Of a stretch of 64,000 nt of DNA, positions 38,826-50,256 are shown in pieces. The notes under the pieces were generated by a model. That model did no database searches. It was not told where the DNA came from and worked only from the letters and a program-made list of their open reading frames with translations. Source of the stretch: Lingula anatina (lineage: Eukaryota > Animalia > Brachiopoda); contig CM120645.1 of the NCBI GenBank assembly GCA_051362555.1, positions 11,594,001-11,658,000 of the forward strand. Direction: 5' to 3'. A program made the position numbers and the translations under genes. Position 1 is the stretch's first letter. Each line of letters opens with the position of its first letter.

Positions 38826-40319
38826 TACTTAAATGGAAACAATTAACTGGCATTCAGTACCTATTGACGTAAGAATCGGCTTCAGCAGAGCTCTGCTTTT
38901 AGACACGTTTAATGTCAAACAAGACCATCATATATTAAATTTCTAGACAGGGACTTGGATGATAACCAGGCATACTATGCTTCGTAAATCCTGTTTGTTA
39001 ATTCACTAGAGGTCAGATTAACGAAATCAACGCCGTATATTTCCGTCTATTTCCGTCCATTTCCGTCAACCCACCCGAGAGTCACGAAAAGGTACACAAC
39101 TGCTGTTCTTGGATAGGTTATGTTACTATAATTTTGTATCTAGACTCATTTGTCACAAAGAAAAAACCATCGAGTTTTTATCCGGACCCTAGATCAATTT
39201 CCCAAGACATCTATCACTGAGTGTTCATCTCATTTATCCTTATATTGTTAAATGAATTACGATATATATTTGCTAAATGTGGAGTCCCGTATCATTTTAG
39301 TACAAATTTTCCTTAGCATTTAGAAGTTAAGACGCAATTTATTTGCTCGACATCTGCATATCTGCGTTAATGTTACGTTTATTACGCTGTTTTTATGTTA
39401 ATGCGAGAATCGTAAAAATCAACCCTATTTAGATACAACTATACCCCTATTACAAAGTGGAACTATGTATACGTACTTGTTTTACCAACACATAAAAGCT
39501 GAAACACTTAACGTATCTTTGAAACGACGTTTTTATTTACACATTGCACCACACTACATGATTCTTATAACACTTTAAGGCGAATAATGAATCATCAAAA
39601 AGACATATGCTTCATTGGCCAATTTTCAGACATGTTTGGTAAATCCAAGTTGCTGTAAAATACAAGACAATTGATCTTTAGCGTAAGCAATTCTGGCTTT
39701 CATAGCAACACCCGCTGCATACAAAGGGCAAGATTGTATGCCAGTCTTATTCCGCCCAGGTTTTTTTTTCGCTAAAAGCTTTGTCTGAAAAAGCGACTGT
39801 TCTTCATAATTGCAGTACCATGGTCAGGTTTTACTGCGTTGTTACAATAACCCAAGTAAGTACACGACGGTATTGTTATTAGTTATGGAACTCTCTTGTT
39901 CCCTCAGGTTTATTGCCATATACACATTGAAGACAATAAAAAGGACACCCAAAATAGATAGACAGATATATAGATACCTTATTAATAATAAAAAGTACAA
40001 AGTGCAGTGCAATCGTAACATTTAGCTATTGATTTACATTGCATCTTATCTTCAGCGCAGTTGTCAGTTGAGATACCTTCATCTTTATTGTTTTGGGCAT
40101 ATTGAGGGCACGAGGATTATTCCCTTAGTTGTAGTAGATATAATTTGATTTGTAGCTTAATAATGGTGAGACGAGGAGGGGAACGCTCTACTGGCGGGTT
40201 TCTTTTCGCCTCTGGTGCGGGAGGGCGTTCGTTTGCAACCCCATCACCTGACTATTGTCGCCATTTACAAAATACGCAAGCTGTTTTCTCGATATCGTCA
40301 AACTATCGTAGATGTAAAG

Positions 40320-40970
40320 CCTGTCGGTAAGGATTAGCGCTTATCCCAAGCATCCCATATACAGCATCTGGGGTTGTATGCTTCTCAGGGAGAAGAGATC
40401 GTTTCTGGATTGAAGAGATCAATAAAGAGCAGGCGTGTATTGTAAACTCGGCTGTTCCTTTTTCTTCCTCAAGGATAGAGAGCCTATGAGGTAATGAATT
40501 CACTAGTTGCCTCCTCTATAAAACGCGGTTCACTGATCGCTATTATGATTGATATGACATATCAGTTTGATAGAGGTATGTGGTATACCATATTATTTGC
40601 GGTTAGCGTTTGTGGTGAGCTTGGTTGTCATGGGATACCCCCCTCATAATTACCTCTCTACTCAGTACTAGTGCCAATGCACTCGACTTTTCCTCCACCA
40701 CCGGTGTGTATGACCCTCCACCAGAGGCCAGCTCGGTACTGACGTGTTTTTTTAATTCTTGTTTAATAATTCTTGCTAGTGAGTACACAAATGCACAGGG
40801 AAAGGCCACAGAGAAATCTATGAATTAACGAAGCAATTCTTTCTGTGATCCTGGTAGGCATGTATGGCTGAGCGTAGGCATGTGGCTAGCGTTAAACAGG
40901 CCTAACTGCTAGTTTGGCCTCCTCCTCCATCTTCTCCTTTTCTTCCTCCTTCCCCGCCTTCTCCTATGTG
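40320..40970 (-). pseudogene. Possible heavily decayed PIF/Harbinger-like transposase relic
   Basis: Minus-strand fragments in the expected order: Arg-rich RRRRGRRKKRRRWRRRP, then FPCAFVYSLARIIKQEL (resembles the HARBI1-type N-terminal helix), then GMLGISANP (resembles LLGDSAYP). The central GAIDGTH motif is not seen. Weak similarity, judged by eye. Confidence 0.25.
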
Positions 40971-41140
40971 TAGCCAATACCTCTAAGCTAGATACTGGGT
41001 ACAATAGGGTATGAATAGCCTAGGCAATGGTTAGGCCATAGCCGCTATCTTGGTCACAGAGAGAGAGAATTCTCCATTAGTTGTTCACAGATATTTTTCT
41101 GGTTATGCCTCTGCTCTTTTCTGTACTGTGGGACTTTTTG

Positions 41141-41144
41141 AAAA

Positions 41145-41183
<39 letters not shown>

Positions 41184-41184
41184 A
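41141..41184. repeat. (AAAT)n microsatellite
   Basis: Read directly from the sequence. Confidence 0.97.
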
Positions 41185-44100
41185 TTACCACATCCCTTAG
41201 CTGGCAATTGTTTGAGATTTATTTCCACAACATAAAACAAGAAGTTTTTTTATTATCATGGAAAGGAGGGTCATAATCTCTTTTTTTCCCACTTTTTTTG
41301 TCATCCCCATAGTTGTCAGCGTAGTCAACTTTTCAATTACATATGAGATACCATAGGAGTCCCCTCAATCATCCTTTCCATTATTAACTCCCTATTTAGG
41401 CATCGTTTTGATTAACCTTTCGCTTGTGTATCGATTTTTGTGAGATATTTATGAAGATGGCGAGATAGGGTACTGAGCTACGGGTCGAAATTAGCCTAAA
41501 ATTGGTATTAATGATTTACGATTGAAGTTTTATTTCTCGTTAGGCGAGCTTATGAAACTGTATTCGATTTGAGCTATTAATCTAAGTGCTATGGATATTA
41601 TCCTAGCTACGTAAGTCAAACGATGTCAGTGACGCAGCCTGCGTGGCTGTAGGTGAAGACCATTCTCGCAAATACTACACTACGAGCAGCTTTGCGTGAC
41701 TTTTCCATCTATGCCTGTTAAAGAAGGTTTAAGCTTGTACTTATAAATAGTTGGCTCAACTGACTTCATTAGCGTGGCATCTGTCACTACCACCAAGCAT
41801 GCAATATAGACTGTACAGGCATAAGTCAATAACAAGTTATTCATATAGTTAACATGATGGGCACGAATAAAAAAGTGGTTAAATTAAGCTTCTTCATATC
41901 TCAATTTAGAGCAGAATTCACTTGGCTACACATGATCAGATTGCCTCGAAATTTGTGATATATACAGGTACATTGTTTCTGTTTACTCAGCAGGTGAAGT
42001 GAGAACGGCAGGTGTGTACATGTAGTTTGAACGACGTGAATGGTGACTCAGCCATTGTAACTGTGTATTACAATTATATTTATTAGGAGCACAGTGATGA
42101 AAGTTGAAAGTTTTAACATTGCGGCAACCGTTTACAAGTTAAAGAAAGTGTTGTCATTCTTAAAATTTTTGTGACGAAGGAGAGAGACTGGATTTATGCC
42201 ATGCTTTGGGCAATGTTCGTCCCACTTGTCACCCCACAGTGGTATTCCACTTCATTCTTACAGTAAAAGAATACCAGGGTATCACCCATTAATAAAACAC
42301 CATCACCCAGCAATAGCCCTTGAATCACTTTTTAATGAGATAAAACGGTTTCTGACCCACACTATTGAACGATGGCATTGACGGAAGGACGTGAAAACAG
42401 AAACGTCACTTCACCATCAATCACCCCTGATTCCTAAGAGTGCCTGAAGTGGGCACTAGAAATAAGTGCTAGACACAAATTTGAGGCGACGCGTCGTCAT
42501 CATGCAAACTGTTCATTAAGTGAAGGGGTGATAACTCAATGAATTCACTTCTCGTTTATGTTGATCATACAGCTGTGAATTCGTCTCATCGATAAGTCAT
42601 CTCGGGAGCAGCCAGCTGTGGCCAGAAACACTGAAGATTGATAGATAGATAGATAGTCACGAGTTCGCTTCAAAAGGTTCGGAACTTTTTCGTTAAATGG
42701 CTTAAGTTTTAACATTCCCTGTGAATAATTTTAGCCATCTTACTTTGGTTTGATAATTAATCTACACTGACGCTGCCAACTTGCTTTATATCTTTTAACT
42801 AAACCCGCAGAACTTAATAGCAATCGCCTTGTCTACCAATGACATAAGTTTTTAATGGTAACAATATCTTGTTCAAGCACGCCAACAACATTTATTAAAG
42901 GCCAATCTTTCATAAAGCGCGCTAGCACCTGTCCCAAAATGACTTTGGTCAGATGATAGGTCTAAACTTTAAAAGAAGGCATTTCCTCTAAATTGACCCA
43001 AGACATATCAGAAGTAGTCCAATTTTAAATTAAAATATTGAGCCCATTTATAATGACAATAAAATGATGTTAATGAAAGCAATGTTTTAATATACCCATT
43101 AGACATTACTGGCTATGTAAATCTCTTCGGCCCCAGCTTAGCCTAAAAGAAAAAAAACTTGAAAAATAGCCCAGTTGTTAAAGTTGAGACGGAAATAGCT
43201 CATCTGACGTAACCAGACAGACGAAGCAGGCAGGGGTCCCCATAGACACTCCCATGGTACCTTAGAAGTCATAAAATGTGCCAAGCAATCAGACCGCCTT
43301 GGCTATGGCCAACGGCAGATAACGTGTGTCATGGAGAGCCCTTGGCGCATCACATTAAAAAAAGAATAAATGTTGACTGCCTTTGGCGAAACTCTGCTTT
43401 TAGATAACCCCCATGGATTAATTGGTTAGTCTCAATAAGGATGTATAGACTCATGTTTGGCAAAACAAACAGTATACGGAGAAACGTACAAACGAACGAC
43501 TGCCTGGACATAGCTCTTTGGCGGTGCACTTCGAGAACCAGTACTTGTATTTTGAGTCTATATACATGAAACATTGAAAATATACTATCTCAAAGAGATG
43601 TTAAATGGAGAGCTTATTTCTTGCATTTTAGGATGATTTTATGGACGTGAATTCCGTTTCTGAAGCGCATTAAATGTGATATTTCCAAGGATAGAATCAT
43701 GCATAAAGTCGCAGTTTTCTCCAGGTCTCACTATACTCAATGCTGTTGTGGAAATTTAGAATCAAATTATTAGATAAGTCTGAGTTAAAAGTCACAGCAT
43801 AAGTGGATAGTTCAACAGTAATTTTACCACATGCAAAACAAACTCAGAGAGAAAGTTAGTTTTTTATTAGTCGTGAGTGAAGTAACTCTCTCTCGCTGTT
43901 TATTTGTATCACACTGCTAATGACTCTCGATCCCGGCGTTTTACAAAAAACCTTGCACAAGGTGGAATATCACTTGTAATTGAAATTAAATGTCCATTTC
44001 AAGCTATTCCGTTTCAGAGGCAGTGACCAAATTAGTAAATGGCGTTTTTATGTACAGCTATTTCTAAACAAAGGACTAAGAATTGTGTTAGGCGCTGGTA

Positions 44101-47100
44101 ACATTATTGCTTTCCCTTTTACACGGCTTCGGCTAGGGTTCGTCAAATTAAACGTGATCGCATTCAGATATACACAGCTGACTAGCTCTCAAGAAAACTT
44201 CCGAGTCTAATAAAGGCTGTGCCTCTGTTATAGCGTGGCATGAAGTGCGTTGCTTGTCACTTTAAGGACCTTTGGCAGACGAGCACCACGCGGGACCCGT
44301 TTTTGCATTTCGAGATATTTTTCCAGGTCTCTACAACCGATTGAGAGTGGCATTATAACAGCTTCTTGTAAACAAGGCCCGAAAACAAAATCGATCGAAT
44401 ACGATTTAAACTACCCGGAGATTGCGTGTGGAGAAACCAACTGCCAATTCTAAGCACTGTCACTAATTACTTTTACCTTTCAGCATACAAACAAAGTCAA
44501 AACGGAAGAAGTTTTGAGGATTGCCTTGTAACAGTTTTATTTTCATAACCCCCTGGCATTACAAGGGCATCTATGGGGAAAAAAGTTATAAAATATGCAC
44601 CTGAACAGACTAATAAGGCGTTTATCGGAATTATTGCTCTAAACTCGGCTTGCCAAGGAGCCTCGGGCTATCTGTCGGCTTCGCATAATTTTAACAGAAA
44701 GAAGGATGCTAAATACAATACCTTGAATGAATTTGCCACATTCCACATCTTTTGATAGAATGATGGTTTGTCCTTGTGCGTTTTATTCTAAACTCTTGCT
44801 TAAGGACTTAACGAATTCATACAAATACACAGAAGTACATGTAGTTTAGATGGTTCATATCCAGCAAAAGCGCTGCATTGTTAGGGATAAGTGGTCACCG
44901 CGTTTATACCAAATTATGTCGTCATAGCAACGTGGTGACCGCGTCATCATGTGGTAATAATGTGGTAACCAAGTAGCGTGCGTTTTGGGTAACACCCAGT
45001 GTAGACCTTCATGTAAATGAAGAAATGGCGCAAGTATCATTGGGCCGAATCCTCCATTTCCTATCACTCATATAGTGGGAAAAAGGAAGGAGTTTATTTA
45101 ACACAATTGTAACTTTGGTCCAATCTTTGAAAAAGAAAGGGTTTTTGTGCATGCAATTTTCCAAAGACTGGCATAATCCGGCTAAGGGTAAGGTTCGCCT
45201 CCACGGGTCATATCTAGTGAGATGTGCATGCGTCTGCACGTGTACATGAAATAGCGGACTACATGTGTACTGGAATAAAAAACAAGGTAACTTGACAACT
45301 GTCATAATTACAATGCAATTAGCAAATGGAAGAAACCAACTACCAGCGAATGCCAATGGAGTGTTGATATCTTTCCTTCCAGGAATACACGAAACAAGTA
45401 AGTTAATGACGCAACAACAATTGAATTAGAGGGCGATCGTTAGAGCTGAAATTGCATTACCTTTGGAGCGGTTTCCCTTTTATCTTGGTCTTATCTAGAT
45501 AAGGTAGATAAAGGAGTTTGGTAGTCACTTTATGTTTAACATTAGTTCAATTATTGCCGGTCTCAGTCGACCTGGATTTTGTTCTTATTGTTTGCGTTGT
45601 CAAACCGTTTGTCTCTTGGGAGTTTAATGTCCGCAAAAGAAAGTCACGTAAATATCTCATTGCGCAACACTGGAGGTAAACCAAGTATTCGTGTAACGTT
45701 ACGCCGATTAAACCAAACGCTAGATAGGCACGATATTGCATAATTCGATTAATGTAAAATTTGCTCGCTGCACTTCACTAGATGTGGGGAATAATGAGAA
45801 ATGGCTTGCAATTTAATTGACGTGCATTGTACAAATTGTGGAAGACTTGCCGTGTGCTGTCTGCGTGAATGCTATTAATTAAGAACTTGATGCTTTTCCG
45901 CGAATTCATACAGACAATGAACCACTCTTTATACAGTAGTAGAAAATTCAAAATAAACGAAAACTTTACAACTCTAAGAAAGTGTTTATCATAAACTTAA
46001 ATATTATTTATTGAAAATTTGAAAGACAAAGCTGTTTGTGAATCTACAGTAAAAATCGTTTCATGCATTGGTTTTGCAGATTTGCTTGACTAGCTGTCAT
46101 TTTATTTACCAATCACTAATACTTTTACATTACAGGTACAGACATGTTGTACAGTGTAGTAATGGCATTGGGGGGGGGGGGGGGTGCACAACACTGACAT
46201 GGTTCCACAATAAAGCAAATATCCCACTGTTCGGCCCAGGGGAATTTTCATTAGACACTGTCAATTAACGAGTGAAAAGGCTTGCCAAAATGATGGTTTT
46301 AAATTACAAAAACACCAGTTTACAGGAAAAAAATCTAGGCACGCCTAATTACTCTCGACGGAAAACAAAGATTCCTTTCTTTTGATTGTGTTATTACATG
46401 TAGTTCTTAAAGTAATTACGATTACGATCTTCAACGAAAAAATCTGGCAATATGATTTATTGATTTTGAATTATAAAATAACAAATTGACGACGAAAAGG
46501 AAGAAGAGGTACGTGTCGCTTCCTTGATTAAGTTGAGGATGTGACTCATTCCTTTTACAGAAAAGCTTTTTGATTAAAAAATACACAAAAAGAGGAAATC
46601 CATTAAGAAAACATTAAGTGCTTCTTTTTTATCCTAAACGTTGGAGTGAAAACACTGAAGACATAGATTGCAAATTGCTAGCGTACAATATTTCATAAAA
46701 TGGATCTCTGTGTCGTTTTTGATTGCGCTGGTTCCCTATTGTCACAGTAAATTAATTAACTTAATCTTTATTCTTTATCCAAACACGTTCTTTAAACTTT
46801 GTCGAAATTCATCACAATTTTGGAACATAAGAGATGTCCGTGCCTGATCCGGAATTTTGTTATTTTTTAAACATTTTACGAAACTCAAATATCAAAAACG
46901 AGGTTTATGTAAGTAACATACTGATTATCAATAGGAATCTCGTTTCAACTTGATAAATAGATAGATAGAAAGGTAAAATATCTCCACTTAAATATTGCCC
47001 CGACTGCCTGGGTGCTGATTGCTCAGGAATAAAAACGAAGCCCAATTGCACTTATCTTGGATCCAGGAAACCAAACGTTTTTTTCTCCTCTTCTCCTCAG

Positions 47101-47843
47101 TTTTGGACACTGTAATAATTGCTTTCGCAGACTGCCGGTTTTGTCAATTTTTTGTCTTTCTTTGTTAAGGTTTTTATTCTAAAAACGCAAAGAGGGCCTT
47201 CCAACGTTTTCATTTTGTGCATATGAATCTAAAGTCAACTAGCCTACTAGTTGTAGTGTTGAATTAACTGTAAAATAGCTGAAATGGTACCCTGGAAGAT
47301 TTAATTAATGTTAACATCTATGGCGATAGTAGTGCATGAATCCAGGCGCTCAAGAATGTGCACGCTTGTAAGCGGTCCTCAAGATTAAACAGACGTGCCT
47401 TGAATGCATGATTTCAACGTTATTTACGTATTGATGGAATAAAGGCTTCTTAAATTTTATTTCCACACGTTTCAACTGTTCTCGATCGAAACTGTATTAA
47501 TCATTCTCAAGCTTTAATATGTCAACAGTGGTTTTGTCACCGACTAGCTATATACGAGACACAAAATACGTTTCTGTAAATATCTGAATGGTATAACGCT
47601 TTGCTATTGTCTTCACCGTTTTATACCTGAATAATTGAACATTTCAAAACAAATCTGATATTCCCTTTATTGCTAAGTCAAGAAGGCATCATGCCATATA
47701 ATAAAAGTGGGCGTTTAGCAGTGTGAATAGCTTATAATGAGCGGAGTCATTTAATGACTGATTACTGCCTTTTGAACACTCTCAGAAACCTAATGTATTA
47801 AAATGATGAATAAGACGTGATTACCGCCGCCGGGGATGTACCG

Positions 47844-48048
47844 GTAAGTAAGTGCACGTTTGTAACGGTTTTGATAATGTGACTCGTTTTTGTTGTGCGT
47901 TATTTGTTATAAAACACTTTGTATTCAGAGACATCTCGATCACGTTTGTACACAATGTCCTAAAATCATTTTAATTAAAGTTTCCTCTTGGAAAAATGCA
48001 GTAACACCAGATCAATTTCTTTTCAATATTGATTTTTTCTATTTGCAG
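47844..48048 (+). other. Candidate 205-nt 5'UTR intron of gene B
   Basis: Strong donor CCG|GTAAGT at 47844 and strong acceptor TTTTTTCTATTTGCAG| ending at 48048, about 0.9 kb upstream of the ATG. Motif-only. Confidence 0.55.
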
Positions 48049-48951
48049 ACTTAACACAAGGAACAAAGAAGCTGCATAAACACGGATGTAATACTTTTCA
48101 TAAACTACCAGCCTTGTAACTGAGACGTTCGAAGATTAAATGGTACATCTAAACGCATCATCACAGGCTGTCACAGGAAACGCTGATAAATTGTGAAAAC
48201 AAGTCATTCATATCTTTCATCTAAGACATCGCCAGAAGGATGTAGAAAATTGATCACGGAGCACCACTGAACCAACAACGCATTTAGCGCTATTTGTATG
48301 AGGGCCGTTTCAGCACATTTGTAATGGGGATAGGAACGACAGAACGATTGGAAAAGCCTTAAGGTAGTAATGCTGTCTTCAGGCTAAAATTAGAACGTGG
48401 AAAAGCAAAACATTCTCCCACGGGATAAGGACCGAAGTGGATTTTCGGGTTCAAACGTCATTGTCGTTGGAATATATTAAATCTAAAATGAAATACCACG
48501 AATTGGATAATAGAATACCTCATTGGCATTATTGACCGGAACCAAAGGATACATACAGAGTGAAACATATCCAATACCACCTCATTTGCTCAAATAAGCA
48601 GGTCTTACGATTCTAGATAGTAATTGAATCAGCGAACACATGTTGGTCTTATCTTCCACAGTTGCTGCAATTTTCAACTGGTTCTTTGAGTCGATATCGA
48701 CCTCTAACTGCAGGAGCAGCAATGCATATTCTGGAGTACTGAGGCAAGATCACTTCTCGTAGCGATCAATAGGCAGTAGTCCACTGAGCTCTGTTTCACT
48801 GCTGCTCAAGCTCTTTCTGTCGTAGGATCTTCCTTCGTTCGTTCTTCAACTTTGAAATTTACCGAAGTTTTCAGAGTTAACGAGTGGTGACAATGTTGAA
48901 ATTCACTGAATTGAGAGGCCATTTGTAGAAAGGGAATTATGAGCCACCGAT

Positions 48952-50256
48952 ATGGCAAATTGGTCAGCAGTTGTTGGTTCAACACGACGGGCCTCCTCCA
49001 AAAGAGAAACAAACAGGATTAAAAGTTTTGCAAACGAATCTACGGAGCTCATCCCACTTCACTGCTCGGATTCTTGCACCAGTCATGTCGTTCCGGGCAG
49101 TTCGAATCAGAGCACCTCTGACCACGACTGTCGTCTGGCCGGGTGCGAGAGAGTGGTCATCAACGTTAGTGGACAGTACTTTGAGACAAGAATGGCTGTC
49201 CTTAACAGACACCCAGATACCCTGCTCGGCAACCCGCAGAAACGGAGAAAATATTACGACAACACGCGGGGAGAGTACTTCTTTGATAGACATCGGCCGA
49301 CATTTGAGGCCATTTTCAATTACTACCAATATGGCGGGAAATTACGACGGCCGCCTACAGTACCTGATGACATTTTTCTGGACGAAATTGAATTTTATCA
49401 GATTGAAAAAGAGATTCTCGATGAATACAAAAGCGAGGAGGGTTATATCGAAGAAGAAATCATACTCCCAGATCACCCTTGTTTGAAAAAAGTGTGGTTG
49501 GTTTTCGAATATCCGGAGACCTCTCGCTTAGCATTCTTCGTTGCTATACTATCAGTATTAGCCACCTTCGTTTCTATTGTAGTTTTCTGCGTAGAAACAA
49601 TCCCTGGCTTTGAGTCCACCCTGTGTGTGCCAGGATATTTGCCAGATTTCAGTGATACAATTTTCATTATAGAATCATTATGCAATTCATGGTTTACAGT
49701 CGAGGTCGTCGCTCGTTTCATCGCATGTCCGAACAAGCTTTCATTTTTTAAGGATTTTAAAAACTGGGTCGACATAGCCGCTGTCGTTCCCTATTACGTG
49801 GGACTTTTCAATATTCTAGCCACGATGAACTGCGACAATGGAAAGGCGGGTGCTTCTCTAGCTTTTCTCAGAGTCATTCGACTGGTGCGAATCTTCAAGT
49901 TGACTAAACATTCATCAGGATTGCAAGTTTTATTGTTGACATTCCAAGCCAGCATGGGAGGGCTGGGTCTGTTTCTTGTTGCCCTCTCTGTCTGTATAGT
50001 CTTATTCTCCAGCACAATTTACTACTTAGAACTTGGCCAGCCCGGCTCTCAGATAGAGAGCATACCGGACGGTTTCTGGTGGGCCGTTATCACCATGTGT
50101 ACGGTGGGGTACGGTGACGTCACACCCCACGGATACTGGGGTAAAATCGTGGGGTCACTCTGCGCTCTAGCAGGCGTCCTCACACTAGCGATTCCAATTC
50201 CAATAATCACGGAGAACTTCAATAAATTTTACACCCACAAGACAAGGTCGAAATGA
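48952..50256 (+). CDS. KCNA: Voltage-gated potassium channel alpha subunit, divergent Shaker/Kv1-like with shortened S4 (gene B), intronless CDS, 434 aa
   Basis: Kv1-type T1 ([49 protein letters not shown]), VFEYPETS before S1, S4 [15 protein letters not shown], pore [14 protein letters not shown], S6 [10 protein letters not shown]. In-frame TGA at 48940; ATG in good context (G at -3, G at +4). The symbol is family-level only. Confidence 0.97.
   Translation: [434 protein letters not shown]

Noticed and set aside
48971-50015. 171-aa alternative-frame ORF and minus-strand ORFs within gene B
   Set aside because: The 171-aa ORF has a non-ATG start and no recognisable protein features; all are expected by-products of coding sequence.
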